Origin: Minisyncoccia bacterium
GTDB lineage: Bacteria > Patescibacteriota > Minisyncoccia > Phycocordibacterales > UBA918
DNA: 64,000 nt
NCBI GenBank assembly: GCA_964229335.1
Contig: CAXRCZ010000007.1
Coordinates: forward strand, 32,001 to 96,000
Direction: 5' to 3'
Positions 47,647 to 58,852 of this stretch are shown piece after piece. The notes beneath the pieces are model-generated. The model made no database searches. It saw only the letters and a list, made by a program, of their open reading frames with translations, and was not told the origin of the DNA. Position 1 is the first letter of the stretch; the number at the start of each line of letters is the position of its first letter. The translations under genes were made by a program, and so were the position numbers.

Positions 47647-49431
47647 ATGAAAAATATCAGAAATTTCAGCATTATTGCTCACATAGATCACGGAAAAAGT
47701 ACTCTCGCAGATAGAATGCTAGAGGCGACAAAAACGGTAGAAGACCGAAAAATGAAAGCCCAGGTTTTGGATTCAATGGAGCTGGAGCGTGAGCGTGGCA
47801 TTACTATCAAAATGCAGCCCGTTTCTATGCAGTATCAAAATGATTCGGGAGAATTTGAATTGAATCTAATTGATACACCCGGACACATCGATTTTTCCTA
47901 TGAAGTTTCTCGAGCACTAAAAGCAGTCGAGGGTGTTTTACTGTTGGTAGACAGTACCCAAGGTATACAAGCCCAAACTCTGACCACGCTGCAAATGGCC
48001 AAGGAGCTTGGATTAGTTATCATCCCAGTTCTCACTAAGACCGACATGCCACACGCTCGCCCTGATGAAGTAGGGGAAGAAGTGACAAAATTGTTGGATT
48101 GTAATAAAGAGGACATACTACTAGTATCGGGAAAGACTGGTGAAGGTGTGCCAGAGCTACTCGAGGCTATATGCGCAACTATTCCAGCCCCACGGGAACC
48201 GCTAATGTCGGAATATAGAGGATTAATTTTTGATTTTCAATACTCCAACCATCGCGGCATCATCGTGTTTATGCGAGTGTTTGATGGTTCGGTCAAAAAA
48301 GGCGATGTACTGCAATTTGCTGCCAGTAAACGATCTTTCACGGCTTTGGATGTGGGTGTGGTCAAGCCCGAAGAAGCTCCACAATCAGAACTGACAGCCG
48401 GACAAATCGGCTATATAGTCACCGGTATTAAAGAGCCCGGTGTGGCAAGTGTGGGGGACACCTTGATTCCTAATAAATCAGAAGTAGCACCTTTGTCTGG
48501 TCATCAGCTAGCAAGACCAGTGGTCTGGGCGTCTATTTTTCCAGAAAACCAAGATGAGTTTACAAGTTTGAGACAAGCTCTAGAGCGCCTTAAATTATCC
48601 GACTCATCGCTTTCTTTTGAGGAAGAGTCGTCGGGTATATTAGGTCGAGGTTTCAGATGTGGATTCTTGGGGATGCTTCACCTGGAGATAATTACCGAGC
48701 GCTTGAAACGCGAGTTTGCGATTGAGATTATTATTACCGCACCATCTATTTCCTACGAGGTGACTTGGCCTGATGGGCAAACCGAAGAAATCTATGCTGC
48801 TACTCGGTTTCCTGAACATGGAGAAAAAGCCAGTATTAAAGAACCCTGGGTACTGGGCCAGATACTGATGCCAAGTGATTATATGGGTAACATTCTTACT
48901 TTGTTATATGAGCACGAAGGGTCCGTGATAGATACTGAGGTATTTAGTGATGGCCGCACCCTCTTGTCGATTGAAATGCCACTTCGCGAACTTATGAGAG
49001 GATTCTTTGATAGATTGAAGAATGCTAGCAGCGGATACGCCTCTTTTTCTTATGAGATTGCAGAAATACGGCCAGCCAGCGTTACTAAGTTGGACGTGTT
49101 GGTAGCAGAAGAAATAGTACCAGCGTTCTCTCGAGTAGTCGGCATGTCTCGAGCTGATACTGAAGCTAAAGCGATTGTCGACAAGTTGTACAAAGCTCTG
49201 CCGCAACAGCAGTTTGTGACCAAAATTCAGGCTAAGGTCATGGGTAAAATTATTGCCACTAAAAAGCTCTCAGCCCTACGAAAGGACGTGACAGCCGGTC
49301 TCTACGGTGGTGATATTACTCGAAAAATGAAGCTTCGAGAAAAGCAAAAGAAAGGTAAACAAAAAGCTCTAGCCCGTGGTAAAGTCCACATCCCACCATC
49401 TGTGTTTATGGGTATGTTGAAGGATGATTAG
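47647..49431 (+). CDS. lepA: LepA (mirror)
   Basis: Mirror of 13286..15070. Confidence 0.97.
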   Translation: MKNIRNFSIIAHIDHGKSTLADRMLEATKTVEDRKMKAQVLDSMELERERGITIKMQPVSMQYQNDSGEFELNLIDTPGHIDFSYEVSRALKAVEGVLLLVDSTQGIQAQTLTTLQMAKELGLVIIPVLTKTDMPHARPDEVGEEVTKLLDCNKEDILLVSGKTGEGVPELLEAICATIPAPREPLMSEYRGLIFDFQYSNHRGIIVFMRVFDGSVKKGDVLQFAASKRSFTALDVGVVKPEEAPQSELTAGQIGYIVTGIKEPGVASVGDTLIPNKSEVAPLSGHQLARPVVWASIFPENQDEFTSLRQALERLKLSDSSLSFEEESSGILGRGFRCGFLGMLHLEIITERLKREFAIEIIITAPSISYEVTWPDGQTEEIYAATRFPEHGEKASIKEPWVLGQILMPSDYMGNILTLLYEHEGSVIDTEVFSDGRTLLSIEMPLRELMRGFFDRLKNASSGYASFSYEIAEIRPASVTKLDVLVAEEIVPAFSRVVGMSRADTEAKAIVDKLYKALPQQQFVTKIQAKVMGKIIATKKLSALRKDVTAGLYGGDITRKMKLREKQKKGKQKALARGKVHIPPSVFMGMLKDD

Positions 49432-49433
49432 AT

Positions 49434-49553
49434 TTACACCGCTCCTACACCACCAGAATAGGCAAAAATCATGCTGATTGCGATAATGGCTGCAAACACA
49501 ATCCAAACCCACTTCACCGCTTTCTTGCCACGTTTATGAAATAGTATACTCAT
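49434..49553 (-). CDS. Small membrane protein (mirror)
   Basis: Mirror of 13164..13283. Confidence 0.6.
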   Translation of the reverse strand: MSILFHKRGKKAVKWVWIVFAAIIAISMIFAYSGGVGAV

Positions 49554-49611
49554 ACGCTCTATTCTACCTGAAGATACTAATAATTTTAAGGGTTGATGGT
49601 AGTATAGTAGT

Positions 49612-49743
49612 GGTGTGTCTTTCCACACAGATTTATGTCTGCGAAAGATTATATTGGCCGCTCGTTACAGCCATAATCTCCCTTGATAGGTCGATTCTGG
49701 CTAAACGCCGGCATAAATTCGCAATATTCGTGTTATCACACTC
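49612..49743 (+). ncRNA. Candidate 6S-like RNA (mirror)
   Basis: Mirror of 12974..13105. Confidence 0.35.
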
Positions 49744-49755
49744 ATTTGCTCATTC

Positions 49756-50139
49756 ATGTTTGATTTTTACCAAAAACGGAAAATCAGAGCTGTTCTAACT
49801 TCTGTCTATACCAGAATATTTTTGCTGATACTGGCCGTTCTGGTGGCTATGAGTGCCTATACGAGGTACAACATTGCTGATCAAATGTCAGACCGCAGAG
49901 CTGAAGCTGAACGAGAAGTAGAGGAACTACAAACCCGCAAGGTAGAACTAGAAGAAAAAGTAAAATACCTCAAAGATGACCGCGGAATGGAGGCGGAAAT
50001 GAGAAGACAGTTTGATGTGGCCCTACCTGAAGAAGAAGTAGTGGTGATAGTAGACGCTGAAAATGACCAGGGAGCAAATGTAATACTGCCCCTAGAGGCT
50101 CAAACCGAAGAGAGAAAATGGTACGAATTCTGGCGATAA
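49756..50139 (+). CDS. FtsB/DivIC-like protein (mirror)
   Basis: Mirror of 12578..12961. Confidence 0.8.
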   Translation: MFDFYQKRKIRAVLTSVYTRIFLLILAVLVAMSAYTRYNIADQMSDRRAEAEREVEELQTRKVELEEKVKYLKDDRGMEAEMRRQFDVALPEEEVVVIVDAENDQGANVILPLEAQTEERKWYEFWR

Positions 50140-50201
50140 GTCGCTTACGGCGTCTCGGTAAATTTGGTATACTATAGCAGTTAAGATATAAACTCATATT
50201 T

Positions 50202-50435
50202 ATGGAAGTAGCAATTTACACCACCCCAGTTTGTCATTTTTGTCAGTCAGCGAAAGAATTTTTCAAGGATCACAATATTGAGTATACCGAACACGATGTA
50301 GCCGCTGATGCTGAAAAACGTGAAGAAATGATTGAAATGACTGGTCAAATGGGAGTGCCAGTGATACGAATAGGGGATGATGTTCTTATCGGGTTTGATG
50401 AACCAAAGCTAAAAGAACTACTGGAGATAGAATAA
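50202..50435 (+). CDS. Glutaredoxin/NrdH-like redoxin (mirror)
   Basis: Mirror of 12282..12515. Confidence 0.93.
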   Translation: MEVAIYTTPVCHFCQSAKEFFKDHNIEYTEHDVAADAEKREEMIEMTGQMGVPVIRIGDDVLIGFDEPKLKELLEIE

Positions 50436-50449
50436 TTTATAGAGATAAT

Positions 50450-50489
50450 AAAATCACCGCGTTAATGCATGCATTAACGCGGTGATTTT
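50450..50489. terminator. 40-bp palindrome (mirror)
   Basis: Mirror of 12228..12267. Confidence 0.8.
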
Positions 50490-50558
50490 TTGTTACAGTG
50501 AAAAATAAGAGAAAACACCCACCGAAGCGGATGAGTCTCCCGCTTGCGCGTAGGTGTT

Positions 50559-50987
50559 TTAGTTTGGGCTATATTCGCGCCAAGGTACGACAGCTCCGTT
50601 GAGAGCAATATAGACACCTTTAGGAAGGTGCCGGATCGACCCTACCGCCATACCGAAGTTGAAGTCGACATCGGAACCAGGCTCACCTTCAGGCACACGA
50701 CATCCAACAAGGACGATGGTACGAGCCCTGATTTCAGCAAGATGAGCAGCAGCTCGTTGTATTTTGTCGATATCGTGAATGACGATGTGGTTCGAGAAGT
50801 TCGCCTTGATGATGTAGTGTTCTGCAGTATCATAGCTGGCTTGCTTTCCGGTACAGGCTGGACAGAACATCACAGCCTCATCTTTAATGTGAGCTCGATC
50901 CAAAAGTGACTGGAGCGAGCGGCAGAAATTCTTGTATTCTCCATAAGGCATAATGCCAATCATTTCAAGACCCATCTGCGCCTCCAA
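50559..50987 (-). CDS. Degenerate asparaginase-domain protein (mirror)
   Basis: Mirror of 11730..12158. Confidence 0.7.
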   Translation of the reverse strand: MEAQMGLEMIGIMPYGEYKNFCRSLQSLLDRAHIKDEAVMFCPACTGKQASYDTAEHYIIKANFSNHIVIHDIDKIQRAAAHLAEIRARTIVLVGCRVPEGEPGSDVDFNFGMAVGSIRHLPKGVYIALNGAVVPWREYSPN

Positions 50988-51081
50988 TTTTTAGGGTGCT
51001 ATAAACTATCTAAATAATACACTAAAATAACGAACTGTCAAGTAATATTGCTAAATCACATTAGTTTCTTATCTAAAAGAA

Positions 51082-51316
51082 GGAGCAGACTCGGTCACGA
51101 GTTACTAAGTATATTTGTTCGTGATGCTCAAAATATTGCTTAGGGACATTGACTCGTCCTGGCGGTCACAAGGCTGAATTGAGTATCAAGATACTCAATT
51201 CAGCAAGTGCCGCGGGACACGCCTCGCTCGTTTTCAGCTCCAGGTAATGAGCTGAAAACATCGTTCCGGCGTTCGAGTCTGCACGCAAGCAAAGCAGTTT
51301 GCTTGCTCCCTGAGCA
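51082..51316 (-). repeat. tRNA-Phe-linked element (mirror)
   Basis: Mirror of 11401..11635. Confidence 0.65.
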
Positions 51317-51551
51317 GTCAAAACCCCGCCAAGGGCGGGGTTTCTTTGTGCAGATGCACGGGACAATTCTCGAACTTTTGATCTGAGAGTCCTTCACTCT
51401 ATCAAGCAACTCGAACCACTCCAAAACGCAAACGACGACTCTGTTGAGCCGCCGATTGCTGATGTCGCGTAAGAGCGACTCTCTCAGCGCGACCGTACAT
51501 AAAAACCCTCGATGCACGAATGCATCGAGGGTCTGCGGTAGCTAGCAATAG

Positions 51552-52046
51552 CTACTTGGGATTACGAACGAACATCCAAGAAACGTTGCTGTCCCACCTG
51601 CGGTCGGGGTGACCGTTACGAGCGTAGATCCAGCGCCCGAAGTCGTCGCATACCACGCGGAACACGTTACGATCGCCTCCCGAGTCCACGATGGTTTCCA
51701 TTGCCACAAGCGACCATTCGCCACGGGGCAACAGATCGTGGTCATGTAGCCAAAGCTGCGGGGCCGCTTCGGCAGGGCAGAGCGAGAGGTTGTGACTTTC
51801 GGCAGCAGCGTAAATCTGCGCTGTGGTCGCACCGTCTTCCAGTCCCAGCTCTTTGACCAACACCCGAACCAGGTCGAGCGGAGTTTCCGTATCCTCGAAG
51901 GTAGCCCGTTCGAGAATATCGTCACCCCAGTCGCCGATCCTGATGCCAGCATCTTCGAGGCGTTTGCGAGCTTCTTGAGCGCTTCCGAGATTCCCGACCG
52001 TGACTGTTTTCCAGGTCGGGAAGGTCGATTGTGTTGCAGTCTTCAT
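51552..52046 (-). CDS. Hypothetical protein (mirror)
   Basis: Mirror of 10671..11165. Confidence 0.8.
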   Translation of the reverse strand: MKTATQSTFPTWKTVTVGNLGSAQEARKRLEDAGIRIGDWGDDILERATFEDTETPLDLVRVLVKELGLEDGATTAQIYAAAESHNLSLCPAEAAPQLWLHDHDLLPRGEWSLVAMETIVDSGGDRNVFRVVCDDFGRWIYARNGHPDRRWDSNVSWMFVRNPK

Positions 52047-52135
52047 TGAACATCTCCCGAGCCAGCTTCCGCCAGCTCATTTTGAGTGGCGGGTGGTTAA
52101 CCCAGGAAAAACCTACCTGAATTCAATCACATATC

Positions 52136-52333
52136 GTGAATCTGTCAACTTGTGCCGTGACTCAGGAGAGCTATCTTATTCTGATGACTCACGACGAATG
52201 GCTGGAAGAATACATCGATATTTGCGCCACAATCTTCATACGACTGCAGCGAGAAGGACGACTGGAAGAGGTTCTGTCGACATATGAGAAGACTCGAACT
52301 GAGAAAGTCTTAGAAACCAACGATATTTCATGA
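52136..52333 (+). CDS. Small hypothetical protein (mirror)
   Basis: Mirror of 10384..10581. Confidence 0.4.
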   Translation: MNLSTCAVTQESYLILMTHDEWLEEYIDICATIFIRLQREGRLEEVLSTYEKTRTEKVLETNDIS

Positions 52334-52430
52334 CTTGAGAATCTGACTAAGATTTCTCGAAAGCTTGGAATACAAAAATACCGCTCAGGTGAGCGGTATT
52401 TTTGTGAGGCAGAAAAGCCGTCTCTTTTTG

Positions 52431-52504
52431 TGCTCAGGGGCAGACTCGAACTGCCGACACCTGGTTCTTCAGACCAGTGCTCTAACCAACTGAGCTACCT
52501 GAGC
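52431..52504 (-). tRNA. tRNA-Phe(GAA) (mirror)
   Basis: Mirror of 10213..10286. Confidence 0.96.
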
Positions 52505-52585
52505 ATTAGGTATTTATTTTACTCCACAACTAAGGAGTGCTCGCTATTGTACCGATTTTTACAATTAATTCAATCTACTTATACG

Positions 52586-52864
52586 CTAAAACTCCAATTG
52601 ATTGATATCAATACCGAATACCTCAAAAGTGTCCTGAAATGATTCGTAGTAAGGTGCTAAGAGATAGTAATACAGCAAGAAAGGTAATCCTAATACTATA
52701 GCTACCCATAGGATACGTAACCAGAATCCCCACACCATACTCCGATGGATTTTGTTTAGTAACTGATTGTTTTTAGATAAGAGCTCTTTGTTCTCAGTTA
52801 TCATTTCCTCCAATTCTTCAGTGTGCCGACACTCTACTTCGGGTATTTTATTTTTATCCGACAT
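52586..52864 (-). CDS. Small membrane protein (mirror)
   Basis: Mirror of 9853..10131. Confidence 0.75.
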   Translation of the reverse strand: MSDKNKIPEVECRHTEELEEMITENKELLSKNNQLLNKIHRSMVWGFWLRILWVAIVLGLPFLLYYYLLAPYYESFQDTFEVFGIDINQLEF

Positions 52865-52929
52865 AGTTACCAGTATAGCAAAAGAGTAGTTGATTATAGT
52901 GACTTTGTGCTACTCTAGGAAAATTAATT

Positions 52930-53004
52930 GTCCTTATAGTTTAATGGATAAAACGGCTCCCTCCTAAGGAGCAAATCTAGGTTCGATTCCTAGTGAGGAC
53001 ACCA
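52930..53004 (+). tRNA. tRNA-Arg(CCT) (mirror)
   Basis: Mirror of 9713..9787. Confidence 0.96.
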
Positions 53005-53186
53005 ATCAGCCGCCCTGAACACGAACGCGTTCAGGGCGTTGCTGTTGGTAGTACACTACTAGGAATCGAAAGACGGAGCTGGTACACAAGACGAGCGTAG
53101 CGAGGGCTTGTCAGCGAGTCCGGGGAGGAAGTTCTTAACGAACGAAGTGAGTTTAGAAACTTGACCCCGATTCCTAGTAAGGATAC
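53005..53186 (+). repeat. tRNA-Arg-linked element (mirror)
   Basis: Mirror of 9531..9712. Confidence 0.75.
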
Positions 53187-53189
53187 TGG

Positions 53190-53705
53190 TTATTTACTAC
53201 CCGCTTTCACTTTGAGTTGCGTGGTGCGGTGCTTATCGAGTTTTGGTAGCTTTATTTCTAAGAGACCGTGTTTTTCTTGGGCGTCAGCTTCATCAATAGC
53301 CACTTCTTCAGGTAGGAGTAGGGTACGAGAAAAACTACCCCAAAATAATTCTCTGTGGAAATAACTATCGTCGTGAGCCTCTTGGAACTCTTCTCTTGAG
53401 CCACGGATAGTAACCATATCGCGGGTGATTGAGATATCTAAGTCAGAAGGACTAACACCAGCTACTAGAGCTCGAATTACAATATCGTCGTCTGTTTGAT
53501 ACATATCTACCGGCAACTCACCCTCACGCGGTTCGTTGCTTGAAACAGAGTCCTCCCATTCTTCATCAGCATCATCAGAAAAAGAGACATTTAAATCCAT
53601 GTCGGCATCATCGTCGCCAAAGTGATGAGAATCATCCAAGACACGATCATAGTCGTCTGATTGGCTGCTGCCAGTTATTCTTTCTAAAAATGAGGGTTTT
53701 TTCAT
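53190..53705 (-). CDS. Hsp20 (mirror)
   Basis: Mirror of 9012..9527. Confidence 0.92.
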   Translation of the reverse strand: MKKPSFLERITGSSQSDDYDRVLDDSHHFGDDDADMDLNVSFSDDADEEWEDSVSSNEPREGELPVDMYQTDDDIVIRALVAGVSPSDLDISITRDMVTIRGSREEFQEAHDDSYFHRELFWGSFSRTLLLPEEVAIDEADAQEKHGLLEIKLPKLDKHRTTQLKVKAGSK

Positions 53706-53711
53706 AGGTAC

Positions 53712-54407
53712 TTATCGTAATCGACGGGCTGGTCGTCGGATGCGTTTTATTTTTTCAAATAGGAAAAAGAGAAGTATTACTCCCATCCACACGACGAGAA
53801 AAACTCCTAAAATAGTTTCTCCGCTTGCATTCATTATAAAAAAGTTAAATAAGGCATGCAATACGATAGCAATGAATAACCCAACCATTCCAAACAACAT
53901 CTGAGTCCATCGACTCTTGTAATATGCAAAAGCTAAGAATACACCTACAGTAGCTGAAGCTAGCACATGTAAGAGGGTAGCGCCGACAAATCGGAAGCTA
54001 CCAGTAAGGGCAGAGTCAAGGTACGCACCGCTAATCAGCGGATTAAAGATGAACAAGGCGTTTTCAAGCGCTGCAAAGCCAAGTGCGATGGTTATCATGT
54101 AAATGACCATATCTATTGGTTCATCCACTTCTTTGTTCCATAATATGACTATCAAAGCGGCGGCATATTTGAGAAGTTCTTCCAGTATGACCCAGACGAG
54201 CACCACTGTTTTTCCGTCATATATATCAATAGCGTATTTTTGCAAGGGTAGTGCAATTGGTACCACTAGCATTCCTGCCAAAAAACTTAGTGCTACCAAT
54301 AAATATGGTTCCGGATGCTCTTTATCTTCACGCAACCAAAACCATAGCCAGAAAAGAGCAGGGACAAGTCCAGCCAATAGCGCGATGGCAACGTACGAAG
54401 GATCCAT
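53712..54407 (-). CDS. PrsW family protease (mirror)
   Basis: Mirror of 8310..9005. Confidence 0.9.
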   Translation of the reverse strand: MDPSYVAIALLAGLVPALFWLWFWLREDKEHPEPYLLVALSFLAGMLVVPIALPLQKYAIDIYDGKTVVLVWVILEELLKYAAALIVILWNKEVDEPIDMVIYMITIALGFAALENALFIFNPLISGAYLDSALTGSFRFVGATLLHVLASATVGVFLAFAYYKSRWTQMLFGMVGLFIAIVLHALFNFFIMNASGETILGVFLVVWMGVILLFFLFEKIKRIRRPARRLR

Positions 54408-54471
54408 TGTTTGTTTATTGTAACAAACAGCACGGCACCATTTGGACGCCGTGCTGTTTATATGGTTCTAC

Positions 54472-56685
54472 TTAGTTAGTCGGCCAGCTTTCTATCATCA
54501 GAAATTCTCTCTGCTTCATTTCTTCGGGTGCATTTTGCCAGATTGTCTCTGTGACATACGGCATAAATGGGTGGAGCATTTTGAGTGATTTGGTCAAACA
54601 TTCTTTGAGTACCTCCTGACGAGCGCGTTTAGCTTCATTATCCTCGCCATTAAGTATCGGCTTTGATTCTTCAAGAATATTGTCAGCTAATTCGTGCCAG
54701 ACATAGTGATAGGCTTTATCAGCTGCAAGGTATAAGTTGAATGACTCGATATCGTTGGCTACTTCATCAACCGTGTTTTGTAAGTCAGTAAGAATTTCAT
54801 TATCACGTTCACTTAGGTTTGGAGATTGTGCCCAGTCGGTATCAGCAATTGAGGTCAGCACAAAGCGACTAATATTCCATACTTTATTAGCAAATTTCTT
54901 ATAACCACGAACTTTGTCTTCATTAAGTGGCATGTCATTGCCTGGGGCAGCACCAATGATGAGTGATAGGCGAGTGGCGTCAGCGCCATATTTATCAATC
55001 ATCTCAATTGGGTTAATGATATTTCCGAGTGACTTGCTCATCTTTTGCCCTTTTTCGTCTCGGACTAATCCGTGCAAGTATACGTTCCTAAATGGTACTT
55101 CTCCTAATAGATACGTGCTCATCAATACCATTCTGGCAACCCAGAAGAAAATGATGTCGTAACCGGTCTCAAGTACAGTGGTGGGATGATAGCGTTTCAA
55201 ATCTTCGGTTTGTTCTGGCCAGCCTAAGGTTGAGAAGGTCCATAATCCCGATGAAAACCACGTGTCTAGCGTATCTGGGTCTTGTGTCCAGCCCTCGCCG
55301 GGGGAAGATTTTGATACCGTTTTCTCGTCACCCTTGTACCAAACGGGAATCCGGTGGCCATACCAGATTTGCCGTGAGATACACCAATCACGCAGATTGT
55401 GAATCCAGTGGAAATAGATTTTTTTGAATCTATCTGGAAAGATATCGATTCCGCCGTTCTCAACTGCAGCCAGCATGAGTTGTTTGAGTGATACCTGATC
55501 ACCTTGGTTGATACCAGGAATACTCGATTCACCCATGGTGAACGTCTTGTTCACATCAATAAACCATTGTTCTTTGATTTGTGGTTCAATCACGCCACCT
55601 CCACGTTCATTGGTAGCAATGCTATGAACATACTGCTCATCAATTTTTTCAACTAGTCCTTTTTCTTGCATCTTCTCCACCAAGAGAGGGCGAGCTTTCT
55701 TAATATGCATGCCAGCAAAGTCTCCGGCAATATCTAACAAACAACCTCGCTCATCAATGATTGGTTCGTAGTCAAGACTATGCCGCTCAGCAATTTCAAA
55801 ATCGACTAGAGAGTGCGCCGGGGTGATTGTCATCACACCTGAACCCATTTCAGGGTCTGCAGCCTCATCTTTTATGATAGTGGCGGTAATTGGTCCATTA
55901 ATCCATTCCACTTCAATTTCTTGTTTGTGTTTGTATTGTGAATAGCGTTTGTCATCCGGGTGCATCACCACGTATTTGTCGCCAAATTTGGTTTCTGGAC
56001 GAACTGTACCGATAGTGAAAGGGCCATACTTGAAATAGTAGAACGGATCAGTTTGCTCCACGTACGCCACTTCATCATCTGACACTGTCGTGTGCATGGC
56101 CGGATCCCAATTAACTATTCTGGCCCCGCGATAAATCAATCCATCGTTGTACATTCGGATAAAAGCCTCAGTAACTGCGTTGTATCGTTTTTCGTCTAGG
56201 GTGTAAGCGTAACGACTCCAATCCATGCTGGCGCCCATGCGCTTGGTTTGGTCGATAATAGTTTCCTTACTCTCTTCGGCAAAAGCAGCAACTTGTTTTA
56301 GAAGTTCTTCGCGTCCAATTTCATCTCGACGCTTCTTTTCTTTTTTGTAGATAATGCTTTCAACCTTACTCTGCGTAGCCAGAGCTGCAGAGTCGGTGCC
56401 TGGTACCCAAAGAGTTGGTCGTCCTTGCATGCGGTTATATCGAACAAGAATATCTTCGATGGCAAGCATAGCCGCGTGCCCCATGTGAAGCGTCCCGGTT
56501 ACATTTGGTGGGGGGAGAACAATAGAAAAAGGATCCTTTTTTTCATCAGACACAGTTTTCTCGATGCAGGTGTCAGGATTAAAATAGCCAGATGTTTCCC
56601 AAGCGTCATACAGCGCACTTTCGTGTTCATCTGGATTGTAAGGAGATAAAAATATCTCCGGTATTTGAGGCTTGTTTTCACTCAT
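54472..56685 (-). CDS. valS: Valine--tRNA ligase (mirror)
   Basis: Mirror of 6032..8245. Confidence 0.96.
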   Translation of the reverse strand: MSENKPQIPEIFLSPYNPDEHESALYDAWETSGYFNPDTCIEKTVSDEKKDPFSIVLPPPNVTGTLHMGHAAMLAIEDILVRYNRMQGRPTLWVPGTDSAALATQSKVESIIYKKEKKRRDEIGREELLKQVAAFAEESKETIIDQTKRMGASMDWSRYAYTLDEKRYNAVTEAFIRMYNDGLIYRGARIVNWDPAMHTTVSDDEVAYVEQTDPFYYFKYGPFTIGTVRPETKFGDKYVVMHPDDKRYSQYKHKQEIEVEWINGPITATIIKDEAADPEMGSGVMTITPAHSLVDFEIAERHSLDYEPIIDERGCLLDIAGDFAGMHIKKARPLLVEKMQEKGLVEKIDEQYVHSIATNERGGGVIEPQIKEQWFIDVNKTFTMGESSIPGINQGDQVSLKQLMLAAVENGGIDIFPDRFKKIYFHWIHNLRDWCISRQIWYGHRIPVWYKGDEKTVSKSSPGEGWTQDPDTLDTWFSSGLWTFSTLGWPEQTEDLKRYHPTTVLETGYDIIFFWVARMVLMSTYLLGEVPFRNVYLHGLVRDEKGQKMSKSLGNIINPIEMIDKYGADATRLSLIIGAAPGNDMPLNEDKVRGYKKFANKVWNISRFVLTSIADTDWAQSPNLSERDNEILTDLQNTVDEVANDIESFNLYLAADKAYHYVWHELADNILEESKPILNGEDNEAKRARQEVLKECLTKSLKMLHPFMPYVTETIWQNAPEEMKQREFLMIESWPTN

Positions 56686-56732
56686 ATATTAAGCGATGGT
56701 AGCATGAAAAGAAGCTAGATTGAAGTTATTCA

Positions 56733-57905
56733 TTACGCCAATGATTTATTTCCATCAGCGCGGATAACATCCGATGCGTCCGGTGCAATCGCACTGCCGG
56801 CTCTCGCGTGGCCAGCTAAAGCAATCATTATACTGTTATCAGTAGATAGGGAAGGCGCTGGAAAGTACACAGTGACATCGGGTAAATGCTCTAAGAAATA
56901 TTTTTCAAATTCGTGCTTGATGTGTTGATTGGCACTCACTCCACCGCCAACAATCAGAGTTTTGGCTTGAGTTTGTTTACTTGCGGCAGCAGTTTTCTTT
57001 ATGAGCACTTCTGTCACCACATCTTCAAAATCTCTAGCGATTGCTTGTATGTCAGTCTCGCTCAATTCTTTCTCCTGCACTGCATAGCGCACGGCCGTCT
57101 TTAAGCCTGAAAACGAAAAATCCAAGTCACCAGACTGCAACATTGGCTTCGGTAAGTCAGCAAAAGCTGGTAAGTTGTTTACTCTGGCAACCTTGGCTTG
57201 TTTGCCAATTTCAGGTCCACCGGGATAGGGAAGTCCGAGTAAACGAGCGACTTTATCAAACGCTTCGCCAACCGCATCGTCTCTCGTTTGGCCAACTTTT
57301 TTGTAGCTTTGCCAATCATCCATGGCTATGAGCTCGGTATGTCCACCAGAAATAAGCAGACTGATAGCAGGGAAGGTGATGTCTGAGAGCTGGTCATCAC
57401 GATCGCTATCGTACACACTAGCTAATACGTGTCCTTCCATGTGATTGGTTGGAACTACCGGAATATTCCACAAGAGTGCCAGTGCGCGAGCAAAGTTCAC
57501 TCCCACCCACAACGCAGGCTCCAAGCCAGGACCATTGGTGACAGCAATAATGTCTATTTCGACAAGTGAATGATTACGTGCAAATTCAAGTAGTGAATCA
57601 GCCAGTCCAGGCTCACGCTCCAGAATCTTCCTCACCGCTTGTTCTTTAGTACTTTCTATGTCGATTGAATCGGTGTGTAGCTCATCAGCTTCTTCTAGGG
57701 TGTTTTTTAGAATTGGGACGATAGTGGCAACATGCTCTCGTTTAGCCAGACGAGGGAACACGCCACCGTATTCACGGTGAATATCCACCTGGCTCCATAA
57801 GCAATTTCCTAGTATTTCGTAGGTAGCGTGCGGAAACTCACCAGTTGCTTCTATCAAACTAATAGCAGTTTCGTCACATGATGTCTCAATCGAAAGGATT
57901 CGCAT
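56733..57905 (-). CDS. tsaD: TsaD (mirror)
   Basis: Mirror of 4812..5984. Confidence 0.96.
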   Translation of the reverse strand: MRILSIETSCDETAISLIEATGEFPHATYEILGNCLWSQVDIHREYGGVFPRLAKREHVATIVPILKNTLEEADELHTDSIDIESTKEQAVRKILEREPGLADSLLEFARNHSLVEIDIIAVTNGPGLEPALWVGVNFARALALLWNIPVVPTNHMEGHVLASVYDSDRDDQLSDITFPAISLLISGGHTELIAMDDWQSYKKVGQTRDDAVGEAFDKVARLLGLPYPGGPEIGKQAKVARVNNLPAFADLPKPMLQSGDLDFSFSGLKTAVRYAVQEKELSETDIQAIARDFEDVVTEVLIKKTAAASKQTQAKTLIVGGGVSANQHIKHEFEKYFLEHLPDVTVYFPAPSLSTDNSIMIALAGHARAGSAIAPDASDVIRADGNKSLA

Positions 57906-57963
57906 TTTAGTACTATATATAATGCTTACTGGCTTGGCAAAACTATGGTATCGTCAAATGCAA

Positions 57964-58845
57964 ATGAAAACTGTAGTAACTCATAACGGAAGCTTCCACA
58001 GCGATGAAGTGTTTGCCATTGCAACACTCCAATTAGTGTACGGCAAAGAAGAGATAGAAATTATTCGCACCAGAGAAGAATCCATCATTACTAGTGCAGA
58101 CATTGTAGTGGATGTAGGTGGAGTATATGATCCACAATCAAATAGGTTTGATCACCATCAAACAGATGGCCCAGTTCGACCTAACAGTATTCCTTATGCC
58201 GCTTTCGGTTTGGTATGGAAAGAATATTCGCAACAATTGGTTGATGAGTCTATCGCCAGTCATATAGAAGAGACATTGGTGCAACCAATTGACGCTGGAG
58301 ATAACGGTTTAGAGTTGTATAAAGTCAACGAAATTGGAGTAAAACCAACTGAGTTGTATGCAGTCGTGTCATCGTATCACCCAATCGGTATTGCAACAGA
58401 CGTTGAATATTATGAAGCATTTCTACAAGCGGTTGATTTTGCTCGGTGTTATGTGGAAAGAATAATAAAGCATGGAGAACACATTGAAGAAGAAAAAAAG
58501 AAAGCTGAGGAATTGTATATAGCCGCAACTGATAAAAGTATCATAGTCTCACCACAATCGATCAGCAGAGGATTATTTAATGAATACGAAGAGCCTTTAG
58601 TGGTGGTCTCACCTTCTCCTAATGATTCAACAAAATGGAGGGCTAGCACTGTACCTGTAAGAGGTGAATCATTTGAAACCAGGGTCAAATTTCCTTCTTC
58701 TTGGGCAGGTCTCAGCAATCAAGAATTAATTAATGTCAGTGGAATTGAAGGGGCCCAATTTTGTCATAAGGGTGGATTCTTGTTTGTGTGTGATTCAAAA
58801 GAAGGTGCAATTACAGCGGCTAAAATAGCTACTAAAAATATTTAA
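57964..58845 (+). CDS. MYG1 family protein (mirror)
   Basis: Mirror of 3872..4753. Confidence 0.9.
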   Translation: MKTVVTHNGSFHSDEVFAIATLQLVYGKEEIEIIRTREESIITSADIVVDVGGVYDPQSNRFDHHQTDGPVRPNSIPYAAFGLVWKEYSQQLVDESIASHIEETLVQPIDAGDNGLELYKVNEIGVKPTELYAVVSSYHPIGIATDVEYYEAFLQAVDFARCYVERIIKHGEHIEEEKKKAEELYIAATDKSIIVSPQSISRGLFNEYEEPLVVVSPSPNDSTKWRASTVPVRGESFETRVKFPSSWAGLSNQELINVSGIEGAQFCHKGGFLFVCDSKEGAITAAKIATKNI

Positions 58846-58852
58846 AATTTTG